From: Fistulifera solaris
Lineage: Eukaryota
Direction: 5' to 3'
Assembly: GCA_030295235.1 (NCBI GenBank)
Contig: AP026172.1
Location: forward strand, 186,001 to 250,000
Length of the DNA stretch: 64,000 nt
Position 1 is the stretch's first letter, and each line of letters starts with the position of its first letter. The notes under the pieces were generated by a model, which had not been told where the DNA came from, did no database searches, and worked only from the letters and a program-made list of their open reading frames with translations. A program made the position numbers and the translations under genes. This document shows positions 1 to 11,781 of this stretch, one piece after another.

Positions 1-672
1 GTTTGATTGTCGAGTTTTTTACCTTGAACCGCGGTAGTTATAAAGGATTACCACGACAATCTAATTGTATTGTTTCTGATAGGACTTCCAGCTCTTCGCC
101 TTGCGAGCGATCAAAACAAATGCAATCGTCGTTAATACTCCGTAGTTTGCTTGTGTCACATGACTGAAATGCAGTCACGCAAAAAAGTCGCTTACACTTT
201 AGCCTATAGATATCTGGAAAGCACACCCTTCATGCTTGCTTCAGGAGAATAATCGACAAAAAATTATCAATCAGTGATTTGTTTGGATTGTCTCCAAGAT
301 TAAGGTCGAAATGCTTCGTTACTTGTTCAACTCACCAAACTGTTTTATTGGCTGTTGCTCTCCATGTTTGTCGACGTTCGCTGGTGATGAACTTGTCACC
401 CTAACTCTAACGCAGTCGCTTGTCCAGGGTTAGAGTTAGAATGACGTACTTTTTGGTAAGATGATGACGTTTGGGAGGTCCACTATCACTCAGGAAGTAG
501 TCTTGGCGCTTGATGGATGGCCAAGAGTGGATCGGCTATCGTCCGCAAGGAGGACTCGCTTTTGCAACGTACGAACACCTCCGCGAAGATGCCAACCGCC
601 GTCACAACATGATTCGGACGAGATCTTTGAAGTTTTAAGAGGCAAACATCAGTTTTTAAGCTATATAGCACG

Positions 673-3561
673 ATGAAGTTCTCTGCAGGCGTTGTTTTGA
701 CACTTTTGGTGTCGCCGGCTTCGACATTCGTGCAAAGGCCTTCATTAGTATTTCAGACGAAGCGGCCAACCTTCCGACATGATCGAAAGAGCAACAATCG
801 GTCGAGCCAATTGCACGCCGTTGAAATTGCGAATGTTTTCACTGCAATTGCGGTGGATCCTGAAGTAGCGACAGCAGCGGCTAACTCGCTCGGTTTGTTA
901 GATGTAGCCGTCTTTCTCGTGCCTTTGACGGCGTTGGCTGCGGGTGCATCAGCAATTTCCCAACGTGATCTCATTCGCAGTGAGATTGATACTACCGAGA
1001 GAACGTTAGCCGAAACAAAAGCTCTTTTGGAAAAGTCGGATCAAACTATCAAGGTAAGAGAGGAAGTAGTTGATGTGACATGAAGTTCTATTGATACTTA
1101 CTTGCTGTTTCCCGATGTGATGCCTAGATATCGTTTGCTACCGCCGCAGCAACCTTTGCTTTGGCGTTCGCCTATGAACTCGGTGTTATATCAATCCCAG
1201 AAACGCCATCGTCTTCGGTATCTTCGTCATCGGAAGTAAATAGAGTGACAAAAGCACAACAAGTGTCAGAAACGAAGGCGCCATCGAAGATTGCTTCACC
1301 CAAGCCGGTGGAGCCCCAAAAACAATTGCCGAAGTAAAAACAGAAAAGCCGAAAGCAACGTCGGATCTGCGTGCTATCCCCCCTGTGCCAGCGCTCGAAA
1401 AGGGACCCGACAACTACGATGCGCTATTTGATAAACTAATCGCACCCAAAGCCGACGAAAAGGTAGAAGCAAAAGAAGCGGTAGTCGATCAACCAAAAGA
1501 AAAGGAGGAATTGTCGGAACAACAACCCAAGGAGGGTATTGTTGATTCACTCCTTCCCAAAGCAAAGGAAGAGGCAATTGTAGAGACAAAGGATGAGCTT
1601 CCGAAAAAAATGCTAAACGAGGTTATCCCCGAGCAGATTAAAGAGCAAGGTGGAGTAGTCAATTCGCTCACGTCAAAAATCAGCGATGCCAAGGACAGCC
1701 CAAAAGAATCTAAAACGGAGACACCTAAAGAGAAAGAAGGGTTAGTCGATTCGCTTATGTCAAAGCTAAACGAAAATACTAAAGAAGAGACAACGCAAGA
1801 ATCTCCCAAAAGTGCGGCAACAGAACAGGCAAAGCCTAGCGAAGAGTCAAAGGAAGCGACAGAAGATGTTGTCACGGAACTCCCAAAAGCCGAGGTCGCA
1901 AAAGCAGAAACGCAAGAAGTGAAGAAAATTGAAACAAAAGTAGCAGAGGAAGAAGTGAAAAAGACTCCAGAGCAAAAGCCGACCGAAGCAGCAAACGATG
2001 TCCCGAAAGAGGAACAAGAGAAAGAAGAACCGAAGAAGGCTGATGCTATGCCGGCACCCGTAAAGATTGTTGCGCGGGCTCCGGATCTAGAGCCGGCCAA
2101 AGGCGGTGGTGTTGTCGAATCACTTATGCAGAGACTCAATGAGAAGCAGAAAGAAGGGAAAGTTGAGGATGTTAAGCCGAAAGAGTCTGTTGAAGTAAAG
2201 CCGAAGGTAGAATCTGAAGTAAAGCCAAGGGTAGAGTCAACAAAAGAAACAGCTGTGAAAGATAAAACACCTGAACAACCAAAGTCCACTCCGGTGCCGA
2301 AGGAATCTGTTGCCCCCAAGGTAGAACCGACAAAAGAAGTAGTGAAAGCTAAAACACCCGAACCACCAAAATCGTTGATTGCACCGAAGCTTGAAAAGGC
2401 AAAGGAGGATGCAAAAGATAGTAAGACGACAGCTCCTAAAGAACCAGCCAAACAAGTGACTGTCAGCTCAAAACCGGCTTCGCAACCAGCGGCTGCCCCG
2501 GCGTTTGGTCTTGGAGACTCTCAGATGGTCGTTGCCGGTGTTGCTGTTGCTAGTATTGGCTTAGCTGCTATTCTGATCGGATCCGGCGATGACAATGGAT
2601 CGTCTCCATCCTCTACGCAGCCAAGTAGCACACAGGGAAACAGCAATCCTCCGTTTGGTCCTCCTCAAAAATCTCCCAGAGTGCCCAAGCCTTCCGACGC
2701 ATCGTACCTCAACAGTCTCACGCGGGAAGAAACTGCTTTGAAAAACAAAGGGCAAGTTCGCGGTTCTTACCTCGATGTTATTGACGACACATCAGCATCT
2801 TCCAGATTAAAAGGGAAGAAGAGCATGAACAGTCCCTATCTTGAATCACTTCCAAACATTAAGCTCAACTCGGTACCTGCTGGTCAATCAAAGGTGCCAC
2901 CGCCGGCTAAAGTGCAGCAGCCTCCGCCGCCCCCGCATCCAAGGCCTGAAGCACTAAGACCTCAGCCTGTCCCTGAAGTTCGTCAACCTATTCCCCCGTC
3001 GCCCCAATCGCAATTACAACAGGCAATGCCACCGGAGCCTGTAATGTCCGAACCAAAGCCAGAACCTCAAAATCTTTCGCCCGAGCCTCGAAGCAATAGC
3101 GGAGGATATTTAGGTGCACTTTCTAACGCGCCAGGAATGCCTCCACCAGGACCGAAGAAGAGCTTCAGTCCCATGGGTAGAAAGTACTCCTCGGAAACTT
3201 CCGGCACAGGGGCGAGTTCCTATCTCGACAGCATGTCATCGAGAACATTTTCGCAACCACCCAGTTACAACAGCCCGCCGCAAAATCCGCCACCATCACC
3301 GAGTAACGCTTCCTTCGATCCGAATGGCTCTTTGGGACGAGGTATGTCTAGCTCTCCACCCGGAACACAATTTGGTTCTTCCCCGGGTCCTCTCCGAATG
3401 CTCCCATTCCTCCTTCTGGGCCGCCTCCGCCGGCGCGTCCAAGCGGTCCCATTAAAAACTTTAGCCAAATGGGTCGAAGATACACGGCGACCCAAAGTGG
3501 TACCGGTGTGGGATCGTACCTAGACAACATCTCTCCGAGTGAACGGGATAGAACCAACTAA
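673..3561 (+). CDS. Plastid-targeted, membrane-anchored, low-complexity (E/K/P-rich) disordered protein with repeated YL-core motifs; function unknown
   Basis: Signal peptide with ASTF (ASAFAP-like) cleavage motif. GT-AG intron 1054-1127. Three hydrophobic segments (~893-960, 1128-1190, 2525-2581). ORF 1385-3523. Two apparent indels (~1315, ~3388); correcting the second gives the C-terminus ...KNFSQMGRRYTATQSGTGVGSYLDNISPSERDRTN with TAA at 3559-3561. Confidence 0.75.
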
Positions 3562-3945
3562 GACGGTTCTGCCATGTTACCCGACAGCTAGCTTTGAGAG
3601 AGAATATATCAAAAATTAATCGAAGACGGGTTTGCTATTCTTAGTTCAAATAACAGTAGCACGTACAATCAATAGAGCTTTACTTGATTTCCAGTTCAAA
3701 AAAAAGTACGGAGTATTGGTCAAATGAGAACTTGTGCATGTCGCACCGTATCAGTATACCTGAACCGCTGTCTTGAAGTGTAGTCTTGAGTTTTTAGAGG
3801 ACGGTTTGCAGCTAACAAGTTGAAAAGATGAAGCCAAAGATTCCAATTACGAGTATCGACGATGGTACAAAAAAGAAATATCGGCAAGACAGGCAATCAA
3901 CATTGAAAGACTTTCCTGAAACCTTGATACGTTGAAATTGATAGC

Positions 3946-5565
3946 ATGATGTCTTTGCTGCAGCGCAGTGTCCTTGTCGGTATCGTGCTGCAAGTTTGCT
4001 TTGTTGCGCAAGCCATCGCATTTACTGCCGGCTGGCATACCCAGCAGCATGCTGCTCTTGCTCTGCGAAGAGAACGATCGTCTACTACAGAGCTAGCATT
4101 CTTCCGTAAACTCTTTCGAAGCAACAAAAACAATCTGCACCTTCAGCACCGGAACCGGCACCAACACGCTCCAAACGCATTTCAGTCGAGCCCGCGGATC
4201 TCTGTGTCATCGGTGGCGGAGTGAGTGGCCTCGTGGCGGCAGCCGAAGCTGCCAAAAAGTCCCCTAAAGCGAAAATCATTCTTCTAGAAGCCGAGGAAAT
4301 GCTCGGTGGTCGTGTTCAGTCCGACAAAACACCCGATGGCTTCATTCTTGATCGTGGCTTTGCTGTCTTTATTGAAGACTATCCAGTGGCAAGAACGGTT
4401 CTTGACTATGAGCAGTTGAAATTGAAGCCCTTCTTACCCGGCGCTCTCGTCAAAATTACCGAAACAAGCAGTTTAGTACGGGTGGCTGATCCATTGCGAC
4501 AACCGGAAGAGTTGTTGACTGCTTTATTTGCGCCGGTCGGGACCTTTGTCGACAAAATGCGTCTCTTGCTTTTGATTCAACACGCTTTATCCACACCTGT
4601 TGAGAACCTATTCACGGAGAATGAAACAGACACCGAGACGGAACTGAAAGAAAGATGGGGACTCAGTGATACGTTCATTGATCGTTTCTTCCGTCCCTTC
4701 CTCGAAGGAATCTACCTTGCTCCTCTCAATGAACAGTCGTCTCGAATGTTTAATTTTATCTTCAAGATGTTCTCAACAGGTGCTGCTACCTTACCAGCTG
4801 GAGGAATGGGCGCCATTGCGGAGCAGTTGGCATCGAAAGCGAAAGAGGCGGGTGTCGACCTTCGCACCAATTCTCCAGTGGCCAACGTACGAAAAGAAGA
4901 AGACGGTTATGTCATCACCACGGAAATCGGCAAAACTACAATTCGTGCCAAGAACGTCGTCGTTGCCACCGATGGAGCTGCTGCTCAAAAGCTATTGTCG
5001 CAAATTAACGGACTCGAAGAGCTTGCGGGCAAGCCTGAGCAACCTCAACGTCAGGTGATGTGCATGTACTATGCCTTTGATGCTCCGGCTCCTGTCGAAG
5101 AGCCTATTCTTATCCTCAATGGAGTGATCGGCAAACGAGGAACTCCGGAATGTCCTGTAAACAATGCATGCTTCCCTTCTGTCATCAACGAGGGGTACGC
5201 CCCGGAAGGAAAGGGACTTTGCAGTGTTACCATTCTGAAAGACATGATGGACGCTTATGAAGGTAAAGAAGGTGACCTCGACAAAGCTGTTCGTGAGCAA
5301 CTCGGAACGTGGTTTCCTGAAATCAAGAACGATATTCTCAGCAAGTGGGAACTGAAGGGCACTTACAAAATCAAAAACGCCCAACCAGCTCAACTGGGCG
5401 GCCCCTTTCCCGCCAGCATTAACGGCGGAAGAAGTCCCACGACTTACAGGGGGAGTCCTCCCGCAAGGACTGCTGGTTTGCGGTGATCACATGGCAACCG
5501 CCACGCTAAATGGCGCATTAGAGAGTGGGCTCCGTGCCGGCGAAGCTGCAGCTAAATTGCTATGA
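3946..5565 (+). CDS. FAD-dependent oxidoreductase, amine oxidase/phytoene desaturase/PPOX-like family, probably plastid-targeted
   Basis: Signal peptide + AIAF. Rossmann motif DLCVIGGGVSGL (~4195-4230), then LEAEEMLGGRV and DRGFAVF. C-terminal CGDHMATATLNGALESG lies in a shifted frame, stop TGA 5563-5565. Two apparent indels. Confidence 0.85.
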
Positions 5566-5727
5566 TGAGTTAAGATAGTTACTTATGAATGTATTCTATG
5601 ATCTTTGCGTGGAATCAATCGGTAGAGTAAAAACGACACTCTCAAGGATGGTCTAAAAAAGTAAGAATGGGCCTAACCAATATGTTTATTCATCTCGATG
5701 TTTATCTTAATGAAGGATCGCATAAGT

Positions 5728-7144
5728 TTAATGCTCAATTCCATGTTGATCCATGATGTCCTTTACCAACAAGAAGTTTGGAGAGTCGATCCCAGTCACC
5801 GTCCATGTAAGGTCGCGCATGAATCCTATCAAATGATCCTTGAACTTGTCCGATAAGGTAGACTCTTTCGGTGCTGCCGGGTTAACATTGACTTCTAGCA
5901 AGTAGATTCTGCCCGATTCCGTGACCATCAAGTCCAATCCAGCCACAACGAACTTTCTCACGTTCGGATTTGAGTCATCGGCTGTGACGCGGATACGACC
6001 CGCAATGTCTTTGACCAAATCTCGACCAAAGGTGGTAGCAACGAACAACTCGACTTTTTCTTTCAAGCCCATATCTTTTAATTCGTCGACCTCATCCAGT
6101 AAAAGTCGTTCTGTTCCGTTGGAAAGAGCCCCATTCGTTATGTGAACCGTGCGGTCTCGACCTTGCTCGCCCTGTGGGACCGGCACACCCGCAACACGTA
6201 CTTCGTGGCGGTTGTACACGAATGTCTCGAGTAAATCGGTCCACTCCAAGTGTTCAATAATGAGAACATAGGTGCGGATATGAAATTTCCGGTTGCCGCG
6301 GATCAACAAAGATGGAGTGACTTCAGCTTGAAGGACTATCAATATTTTGGGCAATGGATGAGACAAAAATCCAGCGACGCAATGAGAAACAGCATCAACA
6401 AGAATAGAACTCACCCCAACTCGGAATTCGATTTTTTTCTTCTATTAGCTTGTCGAGAAAATTTTCTTCTTCTTGCGCTCGTTGTCGGTGGGCACTAATA
6501 ATCTCGTGAATCTCTTCTGCCGTTTTGACAAAGAAGATTCCGTCACCCTGGCTTCCCATGGGCTCTTTGAGTACAACAAAAATGTCCTTGTCGTGGTTCT
6601 CTTCCAACACGGGCATTTTATCTCCTACGACATTCAAGCACTCCTCGTGCGTCACATCCCAATTGATCAAAGTCGAAGGCGGTGATAAATGCTTGTCTTC
6701 ACATCGACATCGTTGCATGGTTCTGACGAGTTCATCCTTGTCTTCCAAACCATCGAGTGCAGATGAGTTTCCGTGTACAGCAAGTATCACTTCGTCCCGT
6801 GAACGAGAGCATATCTCTATCTTCAACGTCGAAATGACTTTTTGTTTGTGTTGGTGTTGACGTCGACGCCGAGTTTTTGGAGTGTAAGCGGCCGGTTCTA
6901 CACCCGCGGCTTTCGCGGCTGCTACATTCGTGGGAAGATCCGCGGGCTTCTCTAACTCTTCCATCTTCGAGTGCTTTAAGTAAGACATCACCCACGCCCA
7001 TGGTTCCCGAACACAGTATAGAGTTTGAAAGTCTTCGCTTTCTCGCCAGACATCGATCGGTGGGGGCAGCGGAGGCTCTGGTTCCGTGTCGGCTTCTGTC
7101 ACCGGCTGTGACCGTTCCGTTTTTCTCTTGTTGAAGAACTTCAT
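5728..7144 (-). CDS. Tubulin-tyrosine ligase/polyglutamylase-like (TTL family, ATP-grasp) protein
   Basis: Motifs KEPMGSQGDGIFF, RKFHIRTYVL, HITN and GLDLMV...YLLEVNVNP. Intron 6336-6414 joins ORFs 6395-7144 and 5728-6414 in frame (W-V-L-Q). Confidence 0.8.
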
Positions 7145-7719
7145 TATGATAATAGCAAGCTAGTGGTAATGATGCTTGTGAAACCGACGACTCAAGTAGA
7201 TGTTGGTTGCATAATATTATTATTAGGGTGGAGCACAATTCGTTTTTGCCAAATCTCTGGCGGAAAACCGATGCAATGTCTACACAGTACGCTACAGTAA
7301 CCAATAGACCTCGTAGACGTAGACCGCGTACAGCGAGAGCGAAGGGGGCAAGGAGAAAAACGGGGGAACGATGGACCATCCCAGTAGACCACAGTACCGA
7401 CACCAATACGGTACTTAACCCTACGCCTACGCGAGCACGCAAGGGGCAGTTGCAGACGGGTTGTCCCAGTGCCATTCCAATTGAACAATACGTAGTAATT
7501 CTTAGCTCTTTTTTGTACAGATATTGGTGAAGTGCGCGATGACCACGTGAACCTACGTGAACCGTGAACCGTGAACCGTTTTTTTTGAAATTTGTCCGTG
7601 ACCTATGACCTTAGTCGGGAATTGTTCACGTCACTCGTTAAGCGTCACCCAAAGAATGAACACGATGTTGCTCCCAGAACGCAACCTAGTAGAGCTAGAG
7701 AATTCTTTCGAACATTTCA

Positions 7720-8610
7720 TCAGTTAGTTGGTTCACTGCTTTGTATTTCTCGGTGAAGGAGACCATTGATGGCAAATGTCATACCCCACAATAAACACAT
7801 GTATGTGCTCCGTTGCCTGAAACCCGAGTAAAAAGTTCCTAGTCCTTCGGTTCGGATTATCGTCTGGATACAATCCATAGCAGATGAATAGGGGACCTGT
7901 GCGGATGCTGCTTGTGTCATCATCCTCGTTTTGATCACGTCCGCGGGATTCGTCGCAGCACCTGCTACAAAGGCCGAGGACATGCCCAAAACAACATTAT
8001 CCCAAATTCCGAGTTCTCGCTTTTCTGCGTTTCGTCGCAAAAGAATATTCTTCAAAAATTCCATTGTGGTAAAAGTTATTATCACAAACGGGATATTTCT
8101 CGCCATCGTCGGCTTCCACGCCGAATAAAATCCTCTGATTCCTTCTTCCCTGGCAATAGAATCAACGGCCGATCGAAAACTAGGATAGATTTTGGTCACT
8201 AATCGTTGCTTGATGACTTCTTGAGGAACACTGACGACACAGGAGGCAGCAGCACTCAATGCTGATGCAGCCAGTGGACCCACGTGGTCGCGAAACGCTC
8301 CAAACACCGAAAATTGAATGGCTCCGATCAACACCGCAAACGAACTCGTGGTAACGGAACCTCGGACCAATGCACCGAGACCTACATCCGCCAGCGTTCG
8401 ACCATCTCGAGATTGAGCTAGCGTACGGAGTGCATCAATTGGATACAGAGTCATCTGAGCTATGGCTCGACTCGCTCCTCCCGATAGCGTGGATTTGGCG
8501 AATGCTTGGAGTCTTGGTTGTTTACGGAATGTTGGAGATGTAAGGCTTGCCGCGAAAGCCTGATCGTGCAGATACCAGGCGATGGCAAGGAAAGTTGTAA
8601 AATACCTCAT
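7720..8610 (-). CDS. Mitochondrial carrier family (SLC25) protein, SAM-carrier-like, with an N-terminal signal-peptide-like extension
   Basis: Three carrier signatures (PIDALRT, PQEVIKQR, PADVIKTR) and EGIRGFY/EGLGTFY motifs. Single exon. Confidence 0.88.
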   Translation of the reverse strand: MRYFTTFLAIAWYLHDQAFAASLTSPTFRKQPRLQAFAKSTLSGGASRAIAQMTLYPIDALRTLAQSRDGRTLADVGLGALVRGSVTTSSFAVLIGAIQFSVFGAFRDHVGPLAASALSAAASCVVSVPQEVIKQRLVTKIYPSFRSAVDSIAREEGIRGFYSAWKPTMARNIPFVIITFTTMEFLKNILLRRNAEKRELGIWDNVVLGMSSAFVAGAATNPADVIKTRMMTQAASAQVPYSSAMDCIQTIIRTEGLGTFYSGFRQRSTYMCLLWGMTFAINGLLHREIQSSEPTN

Positions 8611-8928
8611 TTTATTATATCTACGATGCTAAACGTAGTGTATGAATGAAAAAATCTGCGTTTGTGTTTGACGCAACGAAAAAATGAGGCAAATCAAAGT
8701 CAAGGGCCGTTCAGCGTACGTCTTACTGACGGTTGGATGTACAAACTAATGACGGGCGCAGAGTTTCTGTTCTACTAATTTATCTCTTTTTCCTACACAG
8801 AATAGTCTGCAAACTCTCATCAAAAGATCAATCAAGATTGCTAATGTAATCAATCTCTGCAGACGTAATAGCAGAAGAGATCGTAGTGTTTCTGAAATGG
8901 TGGAAGTTGTGCAAATTTCTAAATGTTT

Positions 8929-10268
8929 CTAAACAGTGCGACCGAAAATCCAGTCGAAAGCTTTCAACGGAACTTCGTCTTCGGTGGCTTTTTTTCTTCT
9001 TGTTCATGGATCGCTCGGCGAGCTTACGGTATCGATCAGGTAGTTTACAGATGTAATCGCGTTCTCGTTCAGCATCACCGGAGAGACCCTCAAGGTTTCT
9101 GAGGTCCCATCGTTTGACCAGGTGCTCGATAATATCTGCATAATCAATCGCTGTGTAAACACCGAGACGCTGAGCAACTTCAGAGAAATCAGTGTAGAGA
9201 TTAGTGTTGGAGCCGTCAAACATTTCTTCGGCAGGCATGACAATCTGGCCACGCAAGATATCACCGAATTCGTAAAGCAGACCTTCGGGATCACGCGCTA
9301 GAATCTCCTCCGAGAACTTTTGGTAAGCCATTTCGTGTCGACCCTCGTCACCGGCAATCTTTGCGCAAATTCTTTGTAGTTTAGTGTCGCCCTGGGTTCT
9401 TGCCAGTTTCGCGACATTACCGTGGGAAATTTTGGTTGCGCGTTCTTGGAAAGACGTGTAGATGAAGCCTCGGTAGGGGTCCTTTTTCGCCTGGGGATTG
9501 AAACCGTTCGTGATTAAATGCTGGATGGTAACTTCGACGCTGCGCATGTCGCACCTTCCTCCAATGTACAGATACTTGTTCAATAAATCGCCGTGTCGGT
9601 TCTCCTCCGAAGTCCAACCACGACTCCAACGTGCCCATGCAGAGTCTGAAGTTCCAGTCGGGTCGTCGCACCCTTCGAAAGTGTTCAACAAGGTTTGGTA
9701 AGTCGGGAGCGCTTCCTCCGTGACCATGTCTCCAATCAGAACGATCAAAAGTTCGTCCGAAATTCCGGCGGCCATTTCGCGCATTTCCTTCAGTTGTTCT
9801 TGCCAATCGTCTTTCGATAGGTCGGGCAAAAAGTCCTGCGGTTGCCATGCTTTGTCACCAGTCTCAAGAAGCTGAGGGGCGAGAACGCAAAGATTCATGA
9901 GAAACAAGAAGATGAATTTGATTCAAATCACCGAGCACACCTACTGTTGGCGCTCTTCAGACAACGTGTGCCGCAGAACAAAGACTTACCACATCATCGA
10001 CCATCTCTGCGGCGATGGGAGCAATGTCATTGATAACTTCAACGTGTTTTGGGTAAAGAAAGTTGGTAGCTTCTAGCCGCTTCTGCAACATGTCTTCCGT
10101 GAAATGAACACCGCAAATGTCCTCGTACTCCTTCTTTGTCACTGTTGTGGGATCAACGGCAACCATTCCTAGTGCGGTGGCCGGGCGGGGAGCAGCATTC
10201 AGCTGAAAACCCATAGTTGTGGAAATGACAGTCGATACGACTGTGCTTACGAGAATTGCCTTGCTCAT
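8929..10268 (-). CDS. PAD: Plastidial soluble acyl-ACP (palmitoyl/stearoyl-ACP) delta-9 desaturase
   Basis: WQPQDFLP, GDMVTEEALPTY, EENRHG, FQERAT and DEGRH di-iron motifs. Bipartite presequence. Intron 9872-9989. An A-run indel near 8990 restores ...KAFDWIFGRTV with stop at 8929. Confidence 0.93.
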
Positions 10269-10774
10269 TGTTCTGTCTTCTGTTGAGGTGAAACGTTGGA
10301 AGCAAAGTATGAACGTGTTTCGAGTGCTAAAGAAACTGAGCCAGTTGATAGAAAAACAGTCAGACGCAATAAAAGATCAAATGCGAACTGTGAAATAGAT
10401 GTGTCGACGACGAAAGCTTGCAAGCTTATGCAGGGGAGAAAGAAAGCTTGTGCGAGAATGATGTCGACGTTGACAATTGCGATGGTGATGTGTGTCTCTT
10501 GAGTTTGTTGTTTTCCCCATTTCTTCGCAAACCGAGATCTTGTATCACAAAAAGTGTACTGTTTCGAAAGTGCTGGACGACGATACACTCGAAGTGCGGC
10601 ACACGGCGTTTACGTCATGAATTCATGAATGACATTCGGGAGATGACAGAAAAGTGTCATCTTTTTCAGTCAGTCGGGGGTGAGCGGTGAATCACGAGTA
10701 GGAAAATACCGACGGAAAAAAGTGATGCAAAGGGAACGAAAGAACGCTATTGCCATTTAGGTTGTTTACATTAA

Positions 10775-11746
10775 CTAGGCTACCCTTCTAAAGACAAAAA
10801 CAGTGTCCAGAGAAGTGCTACCTCGCATGATGCGCAAGTCTTTGTCCAGATAAGCGACATCGAGCATGTTGAGCGGACCTAGACTTTTCCAATGATCCGC
10901 CCTCGTAGATGTCGGTCCGTAGTTCACGCGTTCGGGCGTGATGGCCAAGGTGATGGATGGCTCACCTGTAAATAGAGAAATGCTCTGACGGAGGGTCCAG
11001 TCACCAGTTACGGTGACATCAAACGAAGCAGCTTCAGGTGTGACACTGATTCGTTCGGTGTATTCGACATCGGACATGTACTTGGAAGAATCGAGACGCA
11101 TTTTCAAGCCACCGAATTTTCCATTGGGGAAGCTCCCTCCCAGTCCACTGAGGCCTTTGTTGAACTTCATTGCCGATGAGCTTGAGTACAAGAGCTCCCA
11201 ATTTCCCGCAATATCATTTTCGTCCACCGCACCTTGCTTCGAGCGAATGAGGTTCGAAGGCTCTTGCTCTAGCATGTTGATTACTTTCAAAATATTAGCT
11301 TGCTCGCGATCTGAAGCTTCCAAACCACAAGGGAGAAGATCATTGTCTTCATTTAATACTTCAATCATACCCAGAAGTGTCGTTTTAGAACTCGGCTGAT
11401 CCCTGGTGGCAACAGCGTTCGGCACTTTTGATTAGCTCTAGAACTTTCGTTGCTCTTATCGCTCTCGTCATTCACGTCGTATTCAAAAAGATCATCTATG
11501 GCTTTGTATAAAGCGAGAAAACGTGATTCATCGAGCTTTTCGGCAACGGCATTCGCAGAAAAGATACCTTCTAGTTCGGACATGCTTAGATCGCCTTCGT
11601 CGATCAGTTCGAGTAGTTCAGCCCACCGCATCAAGTTGCCCTTTGAAACAAGACCGTCTGCCCCAGCCAGTAAAGCAAAGAGTTCCTGAGGAGAGCGATC
11701 CCCTTCTTCTACTAGTTGACCTTCAACAATATCTTCCATGGTACTG

Positions 11747-11781
<35 letters not shown>

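Noticed and set aside
1489..2451. 320-aa Ser/Phe-rich minus-strand ORF
   Set aside because: It is the antisense shadow of the E/K-rich low-complexity protein.
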